A DNA stretch of 64,000 bases. Source: Felis catus (Eukaryota). A program made the position numbers and the translations under genes. This document shows positions 1 to 60,061 of the stretch, one piece after another (the stretch's first letter is position 1; every line of letters starts with the position of its first letter). Under the pieces are notes generated by a model. It was not told the DNA's origin. It saw only the letters and a list, made by a program, of their open reading frames with translations, and made no database searches. Where the stretch lies: positions 150,600,001-150,664,000 of the forward strand of contig NC_058368.1 of NCBI RefSeq assembly GCF_018350175.1. Reading direction: 5' to 3'.

Positions 1-65
1 AATAATTATGTTGTACACCTAAAACAAATAGAATGCTATATGTCAATTATATCTCAATTAAAAAT
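1..65 (+). mobile_element. L1 (L1M-type) 3' terminus
   Basis: tgttgtacacct...tgtcaattatatctcaatta resembles the recalled L1MA/carnivore L1 3' end. Confidence 0.7.
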
Positions 66-1189
66 ATTGTTTGTTTTACATAAAGTACAAACCCTTTACA
101 CTTAGGAACAGAATTTGTGTACAAAGACAAGATGCTTAAATAAACCAGTTAGTAGTTGTAACAATCATTCTCTTTAAATTTGTTTGGAAAGAATAAAAAA
201 AAAAAAAACCCATTAATTAAATTAATGTGCAGTTTGCACACGTTCACAGTATACTTAGGGACAATTCAAGTTTAAAAAGAGTGAATCAATAGTATTTCAG
301 AAATGCATGTTATTTCATCCAATAAGAAATTCTATGCCTTTTTCCCTCCATATTACTCTACCACAGTACAATCTTTGAAACTCAAAACAGTAACTTTAAT
401 TCTAATTTTTAAAATGTAGCTCTTTAATAAAAATGGTTATAAATATCAGGTGAGGTTCTTTTCAAGTCCAACATATCAGAACTTTCACATACAAAATAAA
501 TGTCATAATCTTGTTATAAATGCTGTCATCCTGTTAGAAGATCCTTATTTTCATGGATTCTGTTATCTTAAGATGTATTTGGAATGTTTCTTTTGGAAAT
601 ACGCATGAACTATCATTAGGCTATATTAACAATTCATTTCAACCAAAGAATCTTATCCAATTTAAGCACTTATTACTCAGTCATATTTAAAGTATCAGCT
701 AATTACAAAATATTTAGTCTGCAACAAAAGATAGGAATTTGCTGTATTCCATTATTTGAATGAATGTGAACCATAAGCCTTGGAAGGAATTCCAAAAGAG
801 CTTCAAAAGTGCTTTCAACAGTGATAATAGCACTGAAACAATAACACTAATATGTAATCTCAAGACCTTAACATGGAAGAACATTTACCTATAAATTCTG
901 TTAAAAAACAAAACAAAACAAAAACAACACACACACAAACCTTATTTATCTCTTACATTCATTCCCTTTATAACTGAAACCCTTAATTTTAGGTTTTACA
1001 TGTAAAAAGCATCAAAAAAAATTTACTTTTTCTTTATTTCATATGAATTTATCATTCAAATTACCTGAATTTCATCCTATCAAATAAAATATTAACATTT
1101 CTAATTCTAAACACTATGAACTTAAAACAAATCCTACTTAACAATGTTTAAATGATTCCTGTAGATTTGGTTAGTGGGAAAGTTTCTGA

Positions 1190-2301
1190 GTTTTGAAAAG
1201 TGATAAAAAGATTTTTATTTGGGAGAAATCACCTAAGTACTTATATAATTTTAAGCAGTCTCACACATAGGCAACGCAAATAAATTGCTTAATCTGATGA
1301 ACTTTCAAAATGTATTTTAATCTCATTCCAAAAAGAAAGAAAATTTCTAGATACAAAGACATCTCATTCAGTCACATTTAATATACATTCAGCAACTTAA
1401 AATATTTAAGGATTCAATATTTTCATCTTTTATAATTTCAATATATTATATATTTAATATATAATATATATACAATACATACAGGTAGTCAGCAGGATTA
1501 AAGTAATTTTTTAAAAGTCAGATCAATATTGATAAATATTTTTAGACTATTAAAAGGACTATATTTAGGATCAAAGAATAAAATAAAATATGGGAGTCCC
1601 AAGCCTAACAGCAAATGTTCATATAGCCAATCATTTTAAAAGATCCCTCAAGTTGGATAAAATACATTTTAAAACAATACTCTTGCTACTCTCAAGCAGC
1701 AATACTTGTAGATATTAACCATGTACATCTCCATTAAATTTAAAATTACTATGCAGCTTTCTTTACTGTAATATACAGTAGCTATTTCTTCCTTTCTGTT
1801 GGATTTTGCTATTGTTGTTATTTGAAGAGTGACTAATATATTACCAACAGAGGTGACTTTAGCTCCTTTCCCTCCTCCAAAGCATGGCTCAGTTTGAAGA
1901 TTGTTCTATAGGCAGCCACTATGAATATTAACAGTACCGTTATACCATTAAGAGCAATCGATCAAGAACTAGAGTCATATGAGAAGTTTCAAAGACTGCT
2001 GGAGGTTTCTGTAAACCAAGGTAATCATAAGTATTACCTCTGTAGATAGCCCTCTCACCATCAGTTAATACAAGGAGTTAAAATTCCAATGCCACAGTAT
2101 AGTAGTTAATAATCTACTCTGTAATTTTAAATATTATACCATTGATTCACCCTGAGAATACAGAGGAAGCATTTAAAACAAGATATGCTGATATGTCTTT
2201 TTCCTTTGTATTTGTTTTCTTCTAGTTTCCGACAGCCCTTCAAGGGCACAGATATTTCAATTCAAAGTGTGGCTGGGATATCCTTTTCTGTTAACGGAGA
2301 T
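1190..2301 (-). other. TMEM161B: TMEM161B 3' UTR (distal end approximate)
   Basis: Repeat-free AU-rich sequence after the stop codon, running to a candidate AATAAA. Confidence 0.65.
1214..1219 (-). terminator. Candidate polyadenylation signal AATAAA (a second at 1033-1038)
   Basis: tttatt on the + strand, about 1.1 kb past the stop; usage cannot be shown from sequence. Confidence 0.45.
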
Positions 2302-48969
<46,668 letters not shown>

Positions 48970-49559
48970 TTAGATTTGAGGACAGTGGTGGAAAACTTTG
49001 TATACATTACAAAAATTAGACTTTAAAAAAGATGAGTTTACAATTAAAATACATTATTATTCTGGCATTTAAGCATTCAAGACCACATGTTTAAACTTAA
49101 AACATTTAATCTCATCTCATAATCCTCTACAAAATTCCCCAAGGGTAACATCCATGTTAATAAAAGTTAAATGGGTTAGCATGCACATTTAAAATCAATT
49201 CCCAAGAAACGTTCTCCATTATTTAAGGGTATCCAAATGAAGTAAAAAGTAGTCGTTTTTTCCATCTTTCTCCAAACTTACTCTATTCAATACACTTAAA
49301 ACACGAGCTTGGCAAGCTTTAAAAGGAGTATGCCTACCTTTTACTTCTAAGGTGATAGTGAACAATTAAATGATTAAGTGAATGATTAAAGAGCATTAAC
49401 CATATTAAGTGTGATGACAGAACTGGCCTAAAAGTCACTACTAGAAAAAAAATTAACTCGTGCTGTCATCACCAACTTCCAGTGGGTGGGCCTTCAATAA
49501 TGTCCAAAAGCCTCCTTAGTTTACTCTCATCAGTCCCTCCCTATTCTCTACTATAACGA

Positions 49560-50200
49560 AGTCAAAACCTTCCCCATCTCCACACTTCCAACCTCCCTCA
49601 TCTTGTACTCACAAAGAAAATAAACACCATTAAATAAAAACCCTCCCTTTTCACCAAGAAGCTCATAATCATTTGTATCTGCACCCATCTTTTCCTCTAC
49701 CTTCTGGAAATAAAGAGCATCTTCTACACAAATCCCTTCAAATGTGCTTAAGAGCCCATCCTCCTTTTGATTTTCAGGAACGTCAACCTCTGGATAGTTT
49801 ACTTACTATATCTTCTAAAATCTCTTCTGTATCTTAATCCTTCCTACCCACATTGTAACATCTGTAAGTCTCTTTCATCTTTCTGAAACATAACAATGAT
49901 TTTCCCTCATTACACAGCCCTCCTCCCTAATATTCATAGCTACTTGACAAAAGACTTATTTCCAGTTGCTTCTATGTTCTTACATCCCCACACAGTTCCC
50001 ATTTGACGTTCTGCTTCAGCCCATTCCATTGAAAGATCTACCATCAAGATCACCTCATCTTAACAAATTAACTTTCCTTATTTTAAATCTCAGCAGGATC
50101 CCACAAGGCCTACCACAGGCCTTCCTTTACTCACACCATGACAATCAATTCTTCATACTCCTCTTTGCTAGCTCCTCCCTCTATCCAAGCAGTCCAAAAA
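49560..50200 (+). mobile_element. L2 LINE relic
   Basis: Pyrimidine-rich; aaatcccttcaaatgtgcttaagagcccatcctcc is L2-like. Confidence 0.5.
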
Positions 50201-50269
50201 TAAGGCTGAATTCCTACCTCAAACATAATACACCAAATAAGAACATAAAAATATAAAAATGTTTAAAAG

Positions 50270-50515
50270 AAGCAGTATAGTGTACAGGTTTAAGAGCATG
50301 GATTCTAGACCTAACCTGCCTGGGATAAAATCAGCCAACTAACTACTAGTTGCATGACTTTGCAAAGGTCATTTAAACAGTATGTACTTTTATTATCTGT
50401 CCTATAAAATAAAGCTATTCACTTAACCTACCTAATCAAGCTATGGTTATAAATTATGCCTGATACAGAGAAAGTTCCATATGTATGAATACTATTTGTT
50501 GTTATTGTCATTGTT
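50270..50515 (+). mobile_element. MIR SINE
   Basis: gcagtatagtgtacaggtttaagagcatggattctagacc...ctgcctggg...catgactttgcaaag. Confidence 0.75.
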
Positions 50516-50616
50516 ATTACCTCTATTATAACTCTTTTGAAGTTTTTATTTTAATTCTGTAAGAAAACTTTTTAAATTTCAAGAAGAGAGAAGGCTTTCA
50601 AGAAATGACAAGTCTC

Positions 50617-50828
50617 GGGGCCCCTGGGTGGCTCAGTTGGTTAAGCCTCTGACTTTGGCTCAGGTCATGATCTTGCACTCCATGAGTTTGAGCCCCACGT
50701 CAGGCTCTGTGCTGACAGTTCAGAGCCTGGAGCCTGCTTCAAATTCTGTGCCTCCTCTCTCTGCCCTTCTGCCTCTCATGATCTCTGTCTCTCTCAAAAA
50801 CAAATAAACATTTAAAAAAATTTTTTTT
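50617..50828 (+). mobile_element. Can-SINE
   Basis: TSD tgacaagtctc on both sides. Confidence 0.93.
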
Positions 50829-50914
50829 AAACTGACAAGTCTCCTGATTGAAAAAAAAAACCTAAAAACTAAGTTGAAAAAAATCAAATTTCATTTATTA
50901 TAACAAACTGTGCC

Positions 50915-51075
50915 ACCAACAGTTCATCACTGTAAGAAATGTAGTACTGTGGGGTGGAACCGTGATAGAGGGGGAGGGTGAACATGTGCAAGCAATGGGT
51001 ACACAGGAACTCTATACGTTTCAATTAATTTTGCTGTGAACCTAAAACTACTCTAAAAAGTAAACTTTATGAATT
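50915..51075 (+). mobile_element. L1M 3' end
   Basis: gttcatcactgtaagaaatgta...caattaattttgctgtgaacctaaaactactctaaaaa. Confidence 0.75.
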
Positions 51076-51210
51076 AAGAAAAATCAAGTTTCTGCAATAG
51101 AGAATGATATAAACAATGTCGAATGACTGGGAAAAGACATCTGTAATTCACATGACAGAGGGATCATTTCCTTATTAGATATTATAAACGGAGTTCTTAC
51201 AAATCAACTA

Positions 51211-51690
51211 CAGTAGTCCCTCCACCAAATCAGTGGGAGGTATGTTCCAAGACCCCCTGTAAATGCCCAAAACCTTGGATAGTATCGAATCCTATATCCA
51301 CAATGTTTTTTCTGTACGTACATACCTACAATAAAGTTTAATTTATAAATTAGGCACAGTAAGAGATTAACAATAGTTAATAACAAAACAGAACAATTAC
51401 AACAATATACTGTAATAAAAGGTACCTGAATGTGGTCTCTCTCTCTCAAAATATCTTACTGTACTACAGTCACCCTCCTTCTTGTAATGATGTGAAATGA
51501 TAAAATGCCTACGTGATTAGATGAAGTGAGGCGAATGTCGCAGGCACTGTGACATAGCATTTGGTTCCTACTGACCTGACTGTATCTCAGAAGGAGGATC
51601 ATCTGCTTCCAGACCATAATTGACCTTGGGTAACTGAAATCATGGGAAGTGAAACAGTGGATGGTGGGGATGAGGAGGAATAACTAGCGT
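51211..51690 (+). mobile_element. MER44-like (Tigger7-derived) DNA transposon
   Basis: ta|cagtagtccc...atgttccaagacccc; ataaagtttaatttataaattaggcacagtaagagattaacaata. Confidence 0.88.
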
Positions 51691-52796
51691 ACTAACAGAC
51701 AAAATGCCTAATTAAAAAAAAAAAGAGGAAAAATATGTACAGACAGTTCTCCAAAAAAAGGAAGTAAAAGTGGTTCTTAAACAGGACGGCTTTTAAAATG
51801 CTTTTTAAACCTGCCTCAACTCTTGTTTTACTGTGGATATTTTACTGCCTTAAATTTTACCAACTGGGTTAAGGTTCAGACCACTTTTATATTCACCTAA
51901 CATCAAAGGTTACATTTTTACCTTTCTACTTTCACATTTCCTATCACTTGAATTTACTACCCTATTTTCTGTGTAGTTTGTGATAGAAGTTCTGCAATCT
52001 CCATACAATGAATGCCATTACAAAGAATTCTTTCAGGCAGAACAAGGCCAAGAAATATATTAGCAAGTATGTCAGAAGGTTGGTCTATTTGAGATTATAG
52101 ACTTAAAAGCAGAAGATAAGTTTTTAGTCAGGGAAAGTTTTGTGGACCAAGTGAACCTCAATCTAGTCTTTAAAGAAATAAGTGATAGTATCACAGAATC
52201 TTCAAGGTCATCTAGTACAATCTCTCACAAATATACATATACCAATTTATTAGAGTGTAAACTCCTTAATAGCAGAAATCATATTTTAGTCATATCTAGT
52301 AAGTGTTACAGGTATTAAATGGCATTTCAGAAAGACTGATACGGAAAATATATATGATGGAATGTGATGAACAGTGAAAGAGAGGTATTTTGTTCAACTC
52401 TCTTCTTTTGCTTCAAATCACTAAGCATGATATTGCTGATAGATGCAGAAGTGAAGATGTAAACCATGCAAAGGCAAAAACAAGTATCAGCAAACTGGAT
52501 TGAGGATAATTAGAAATATGAACTGGGTTTCTACAATGGCCCAGACCAGAAATAATGAAGCTTTAAATTACAGTGGTATCTCTGGTACTGAGAAGAGAAA
52601 TGCATTCTGATATCTTTGTGCAGAACTCAAAAGTTTATGAAATATAGAGGCAAAGGAAGAATTAAAGAGAACCCCAAGAAAGGCAAACACCACTCTCAAT
52701 GTAGTAGCTAATGTCTGACTAAAAAATGTTCAAGGCAAAAATGTAACCTGAACACTATTCATTATGCCACGTCCACTTTTTCTTTCAAATAGATTT

Positions 52797-53010
52797 CTTT
52801 TTTAAATTTACTTATTTATTTTGGGACAGAGAGAGTGCACACGTGGGATGGGGGCAGAGAGAGAGAGAACCTCAAGCAGGCTCCCCACGGTCAAGTGCAG
52901 AGCCCAATGTGGGGTTCGATCTCATGAACCGTGAGTTCATGACCTGAGCTGAAATCAAGAGTCGGGACACTTAACAGTGTCCAGTGGCTCAGGGAGCCAC
53001 CAAAGCACCC
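52797..53010 (-). mobile_element. Can-SINE with rearranged head
   Basis: gtgagttcatgacctgagctgaaatcaagagtcgg. Confidence 0.9.
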
Positions 53011-53460
53011 TGCCACTTCTACCTTTTTAAACGAAGCTAGAAATATTTTCCCAAAAGCTCATCTATATACTGTCCTAAATGTATTATTATGTAAGTCAGT
53101 CTTCTTCTGACTTTCTAATAGAAGTCAATGAATCTTTCCTAGAATGTTATCTAATTTTTAGGGAGGTAAGATTATGTGGAAATGATTTCACCAAAATTAT
53201 TATATTGTATGTTACCAGTTATATATTATCAATTTAATAGATTAATACTAAAATAAACTTTTGAGACATTACTATGAAATTAGCAATTATAGTGTACATT
53301 CTAGGGATTAATGTGTTAAAGTATAAAAAATATTCAACTCATTAACTAAGGGACACAACAATTTGAAATTTAGAAACAAACCATTCTAAAAATAAATACA
53401 TAAAAATCATTCTAATAACCTGCCTTCACTGCCCAACATAGTATCTATGTATGCCTAAGT

Positions 53461-53524
53461 TTTTTCTTTTAATGTTTGTTTACTTTTGAAAGAGAGCCAG
53501 ACAGAGCACAAGCGGGGAAGGGGC

Positions 53525-53556
<32 letters not shown>

Positions 53557-53657
53557 GGAGACAGAATCCAAAGTAGGCTCCAGGCTCCAACTCATGAACC
53601 ATGAGATCCTGACCTGAGCCAAAGTTGGACGCTCAACCGACTAAGCCACTCAGGTGT
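53461..53657 (-). mobile_element. Can-SINE with (GA)n and internal deletion
   Basis: Flanked by tatgtatgcctaagtt / tatgtacacctaagtt. Confidence 0.9.
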
Positions 53658-54409
53658 GCCTATGTACACCTAAGTTTATACAAAAGTATGATTACTGAAC
53701 TGTTTAACTTAAAAATAAAAATCCCTGAATATTTCTCATTTTTAATTAAAGACAATGATTAAATACATTTAGCCATAAACAATCAAATATTTCACAACAG
53801 AAAACTGTTAAACTGGGGAGAGATACAGTGAGGCTACAAAGTCCATCATGGCTCAAGTCTCAAACACAACCACTGGGATCAATGACTCAAGTAGCCCTAA
53901 TGCTTTTATTAATGCATCAAAATTTAACCAAAGTGATGGTTTCTGTCTAGATTCATTGCCAGTAGGCCCTGATTCTCTTGATAACTAAAAGTGGGAAAAG
54001 TTGTTCGTGAAATAGCTCAAATGACCCAAGATGGGTAAAATACTACGGCAACTTAGGTTTCAACTTAAGATAACTTTCTATTATCTATTAACCTGAAGCC
54101 ATGAAGAGCAAGACAAAGTTATTCGCCTTTAGTCTCTAGAAGAATAATCATTTCAAGTTTTGTCAGTAATCATTTCTGGGTAGGTTTAAAAAGTTCTTAC
54201 CAAGGAAAATTAAACAACTCTCCAAGAAATAAAATATATCAAATATCAACATTTTATCTTGCTTGTCAATACAGAAAATAAAACTCAGAATGCTGTGTCA
54301 GACTTAGTAGAGTTGACATTTTGTTTTGTTTCATTAAACTAGCTCTCCTGCTAACCAACTGAAACAAAGCACATGCTGTTTAACATTAGAAGGCATATTT
54401 GCATTTATA

Positions 54410-54911
54410 CTTGGGACTCAGACACCCCCAAACGATTTCAAGTATAATCTCCCTGAATAAATTAGAAGGGAGAAAAAGGAAAGAGGATATTACCTATAGA
54501 GGCTGTTTTTAGGCAATAGGCTTGAGCAAAGCTAACCTGAGTAAAGCAAAAGGGCCCAGAGCAACCAGACAGACCACCCAGCTGATTGCAAACAAGTTCA
54601 TTAAGCAACCCACCTCAAAATAAGTATAGGCCCTAATTGACCAATTACAACCAGGCACAATTCCTAAGATTACCAAAAAAGGGGCAATTCCAAAGTCCCC
54701 ACATTCCCTCACTCCACCCTATAATGTGGCCCCTCACCAATGCCTGTGGCAGCCTCTGCTCTATTGACCTGCCAGCCACTCCCTTGAGTGTATTCAGTAA
54801 ACTTCTATCTCCTTATGCCTTGGATGAATTCTTCACTGCCTTGCCACCGGTCCCCATCCAATTGGGACACCCCACATTTGGTGGCCCCTCATCTGATCAG
54901 AGCACCCAACG
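54410..54911 (+). mobile_element. ERV-type solo LTR
   Basis: ttggg...cccaac inverted ends, TATA-like ctataat near 54720, agtaaacttcta...gaattctt typical of U5; family not identified. Confidence 0.6.
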
Positions 54912-56177
54912 TTACCCAATAACCTTCCTAATTTTTGTCTCTTGACTGTTTACCTCTTTTACTGATAGCTAGACATGTTGAGATAGACTTACGAGATGCT
55001 CAAATAATTTAAAGGTATACATTTTGTTATTTCAACCTAGATTTACATAAAACTTCAAATTCACACTTTGAGCACTTAAACTATCTCTGAGCAATTTACA
55101 AATGAAGAAATCAGGGTTCAAACAACAAAGATCAAAGTTAGACTTATCCAAAACCCAGACCCTTAATTTCCAACCTAAAGTTTTTTCCACTAAATCAATT
55201 CAGCCCATTCGATGAACATTTAATGAGCAACAAAGTACATGCGCTGAGCATTAGATCACTCAAATGCAATAGGGAGAAGGAGCAGAGTCCCAGTCACCAA
55301 TGAGCAGCCAGGGAACTAGGAGAGTAAAGGGACCATTACGATACAAAGTGATGAGAGGATAGGCAGAAGGTTCTGAGAACACAGTAAAATGAGAGAGAGA
55401 AAGAAATTATTAAGGGTGAAAACCTATGAAAGGGCATTTTGGATGTTAAAGCATGAGTCAAAATCCAATGAACTCAGCTTGAGTGAACGAGCCATCAGTG
55501 ATATCTGCTTCAAAACTAAAGGGTTTAGAATGTAACCGAAAGGCAACAGGAAACCCATGAGAAGTAGTATGATCAGATCAGTATTCAACAAAAATTGCTA
55601 ACCCCGCAGCACTAAGATAGCTAAGCTCAGGTATGACAGGAAGAACTGTGCTAAAGTCAGTAGCAGTACTGCAGGTATAATCTCTCTTACTTTGGTGATA
55701 AGAACTGTATATCACCATATATTATGTGACAAATTGGTTAGGGTCTCGGTCAAGCAATGTGAAAAATGATACAAATCCAAATTACATCACTGTAGAAATT
55801 ATTTATATCTATAAACAGGAAAAGCAAATAAAGATTTAATTTACAAGTACAGGCTATCTGCCTAACATATATCCAATATCTTGCTGGCTGTTATCAAGAA
55901 GTTGGCAAAGGAACTTAGTGTTTCACAGACTTAAATCCCAAATACTTAGCACAATGACATTTAGAATAGTTCAAGGCATATCATAGGGCATTTGATATTT
56001 GTTGAACAACTAAATGAATGGCAACACTGCAAAAGAATATGTCTTAACAGAACTTAAAATCCAAGATTATCATACTAGGTACCAAAAAATTAAGACAGTA
56101 TTGCAGGACAAAATTGGACAGTACTATGAACAAAAGCTAGAGAAACCGAACAAACTGCATATGAAAGTTTCATAGAT

Positions 56178-56371
56178 GGGGTACCTGGGTGGCTCAGTCG
56201 GTTAAGCCCCCGACTTCAGCTCAGGTCATGATCTCATGGTTTGTGGATTCGAGCCCCACAATGAACTCTGTGCTGAGAGCTCAGAGCCTGGAGCCTGCTT
56301 CAGATTCTGTGTCTCCCTCTCTCTCTCTGGCCCTCCCCCCACTCACACTCTGTCTCTCTCAAAAATAATAA

Positions 56372-56414
<43 letters not shown>

Positions 56415-56425
56415 AGAAGAAGAAG
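56178..56425 (+). mobile_element. Can-SINE with long poly(A)/(GAA)n tail
   Basis: TSD aaagtttcataga. Confidence 0.93.
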
Positions 56426-58117
56426 AAAAGTTTCATAGAGTGAAACCTAACATGGAAACTAATATCACAGAGATAAAGAGTAAAAGGGAATTCGAGGCTA
56501 AACGAAATGTGAACAGAGAGTAATCATGCAACAGTGAAAATCTTAGCTCAACCAAAGCAGGCTTTTTGTATTATAAGGCAAAGAACTGGAGGAAATAAAA
56601 TGAAGAAAGAATCTAACATTGTTGAGTGTTCAAAACCAAGAGGACACATAAGATCACCTTGGAAGACTTTTAAGCAAACAGGATAGGAAGATGAAATAAT
56701 ACCAGTAACATATAAGAAAAATGAGACATAGAAATATATTAATTAAAAAGAAAACCTAAGACTAAGGTAGAAGCAGTTCAAACTAAGAAAAAAAAAAAAA
56801 AGATAAAGTATGTCAGAAGAAAACCAATCAAACTTTGTGAATGAACATGAAGGAAAACAACTGTAGAATAAAAATGAAGACGATCTCAAAGATATTTTCA
56901 GGACATTTTGGTTTGGGTGATTGTAGAATCCTAGAGACAATGTGCATGAAAACTGCAGGAACATCAAGCCTCAGGCAGGCCTCCCAAGGACAGCAACTTA
57001 GCTACATTCTCAGCTTTTCAGAACACACACAAAAAATGCTTCACTGGTACAACCAATCTACATGAAACAGACTGGCAATAATCAGGTTGTAAGAATTTTA
57101 TTAACTAATTTACAGTGAAACATAAACTATCAAGTAGATCAGATGTTAAAGTACACTAAGTGTTCCATTCAATCACTGTCTTAATGATCCTATGGAGGTC
57201 AAATAATAAGTAGGCTGCTTGGTGAGTAGTGATTGAGACCAAAAGGCAGCACTGAGGGATAGCTCATTCATTCAGTGCTGAAGTTAGAAAATACAGAATA
57301 GCTAGGGGGTAAGATACTCTCAACCCTAAATAGATATGGATAAATATGTTTAAATCTGGCTAAACTTCTAGACTTTAACTGATAAAACTGCATTCCAATT
57401 GATATACTCTTTCCAAAGACAAAAACCTAGATAAAAACTATTCTATCTTTCAATATGTAAATACCACTGCTTTGGCTACAATCTAGTCTATCTTAGGTCT
57501 TGGAACCAATCCATATCTAAGTTCAAGGTTAGAGAATAACTCGTATCTTGCATCAGGTGTTTGTATCAAACTCTTACAGTGTTAACCACTCCTGACTTCC
57601 ACCTACAAATAATATGTGATAAGTGGTATGGTAGAGGTCAGTGCCAGTGTTATGGGAGCACCCCAAGAAAGGCAGTGATTAAATCCAAGTGGGAGAGCTG
57701 GGAAAGACTGGTTCACAGAGGTGACATGTGAATTAGTGTTAAAAGGTTAAAGAAGTATCCCACTCTCAGAAAAAGAAAAAAGTTTAGACAGATACACCCA
57801 CCTGTACAGAGAGTAAATGGCAAGATCCAAAACAATGAGCAATTCCACATGCTTTAGACTTTGATAGGGGTTGCACATAATGGACTTTTCTTCAGGTACT
57901 CGGAAATAAGTTCAGGATCTTAAGACTGGAATGAACCAAATCCATTATATATATTTTGGAAAGATATATATATTTTGGAAAGATAACTATGGCACCAAGT
58001 AGAAAATTAAAGTGAAAAGTAATTGGAAGCAAAGAGGTAAAATAGAAGCCATCTGAAATAATCCAATGAACACCAAAAAGCCTGAACTAAGACAGCTTCA
58101 AAAACAAAAGCAAAACC

Positions 58118-58222
58118 AGGAGCACCTGGCTGGCTCAGTCAGTGGAGTGTACAACTCCAGATCTCAGAGTTGTGAGTTCAGTCCCCCACTGGGCACAGAG
58201 CTTACAAGAAAGATAGACAGAC

Positions 58223-58273
<51 letters not shown>

Positions 58274-58360
58274 GGAAAGAAAAGAAAGAAGGAAGGAAGG
58301 AAGGAAGGAAGGAAGGAAGGAAGGAAGGAAGGAAGGAAGGAAGGAAAAAACCAAAAAATT
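58118..58360 (+). mobile_element. Short old Can-SINE with compound (GAAA)n(GGAA)n microsatellite tail (58224-58345)
   Basis: gagcacctggctggctcagtcagtggag...gagcttac head, then tetranucleotide arrays. Confidence 0.88.
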
Positions 58361-59732
58361 AAAATTTTTAGAGAAAAAAGGGAATTAGGCATAAAATTAT
58401 TAATTATCTCTGTAAGGGAAGTATCAACAGATAAGAATAAAACTTAAGCAATTATGTAAAGATTAGATGGAAATAATGGACAAAATTATTCTTTGAAGAA
58501 ACTGAGCAATAACAGGAAAACCTGATGGATACTAGAATGGTTGACAAAGAAAATATACTTAAAATATACCCTCATAAGGAGGAAAATAAAACATGCTTAA
58601 GGCAAAAGGGAAGGAACCAATGTTGGATGGGTGCTGAATGTTCTAGAGACGGGTTTGTGGGAATTTAATCACTTAAGATTCAGAAATAGATGAGACCAAA
58701 GGTGCAAGCTGAAAAAAACTTTATGAGACGTGTCCTACTGAAGAGAAGTACAAGTAGTGTAGAGATGTATTAAATTTAAAACCTGAATGGACAAAGTTTG
58801 AAAGACTTTGAAGAATAAACAAACCAAGCTCAGGATCTTGGCAATGTGACTGAGAAGAGGTCTAGAAACTCAGGAAGAAAGGTGTGATATACATGTGGAT
58901 GACTAACAGACTCAAGCTGGTTAAAAAAATAATAATAATAAAGATTACTTCTAATAGGTTTAAGGGCTGTATAGATTTAATCAAGATGAGAACCTCTTCC
59001 ATATAATGCCAAAGCAGGTAAAAGCAGCCTTAAACAATCATTAACAAGGAAGGAGAATTCTTGCCAATAGACTATTTCTAGAATCTTAGGGTTCATTATG
59101 TGAGCTACGCTGGTCCTTACTTAGCCCCAGCCCTTACAGACAGTTAAACAGGTCTGAAAATAAGAAAAGGAAAACTTTGCTGAATAAACAAAATGAAAAT
59201 AATCAAAGGGTTTGATAGAAAACCAGCTAAAGAATAAGGTCACCTACTGATTTAATATAGATTTATTAAACGAATCTAATGAAATCACAGATACTTAACT
59301 GTTCTGACCTACCAAACAGCAACTTCATACACCTCAAAATAATACTACCAATAGAATTATATAAATAAGAAGGTAAAATCAGAGAAAGAAAACTGTAAAA
59401 CATAATTACCAACTGCTCTGATTTGAATTTAAGCACATGGGTTTTCGAATTTAATTGCTTACAGAATTTGTTTGATTTGCCAGCATCGTGCTTCACAGCA
59501 CAAAATGTGCTTTTAAGTCTTTAAAGTAAAAAGTATGAGCAGAAATTTTTGCTATTTTCCAACTGAGAGTAAGAAATTTAATGTACTTTAAAGCCAAAAA
59601 TCAAAAATTCTCAATAAAATACCTTGGTACATCCTTAATATCTTAATAACACATACAACATAGGAGCATGCATGAATTTGATATAACTATATTCAAAAAC
59701 AACTCCAGACTTATTGCTTAAGATGACGATAT

Positions 59733-59947
59733 AGGGGCGCCTGGGTGGCGCAGTTGGTTAAGCGTCCGACTTCAGCCAGGTCACGATCTCGCGGTCGGTG
59801 AGTTCGAGCCCCGCGTCAGGCTCTGGGCTGATGGCTCAGAGCCTGGAGCCTGTTTCCGATTCTGTGTCTCCCTCTCTCTCTGCCCCTCCCCTGTTCATGC
59901 TCTGTCTCTCTCTGTCCCAAAAATAAATAAACGTTGAAAAAAAAAAA
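59733..59947 (+). mobile_element. Young Can-SINE (SINEC_Fc-like)
   Basis: 14-bp TSD aagatgacgatata at 59719-59732 and 59948-59961. Confidence 0.95.
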
Positions 59948-60061
59948 AAGATGACGATATAAAACCATTCCTTGGAATTTCATTAAATTTATAAATAAAC
60001 TTGAGAAGACATGTTTCTTGACATAAATTGGTAAGGCAAAGTCGTTAAAAAGTTGATGAGA

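Noticed and set aside
57947..57985. Short tandem duplication atatattttggaaagat x2 (also aaggacattata x3 near 29683-29730)
   Set aside because: Ordinary slippage repeats, with no unique spacers or associated genes
58066..58392. Lys/Glu/Arg-rich and Phe/Ser/Leu-rich ORFs
   Set aside because: Translation of the (GAAA)n(GGAA)n microsatellite
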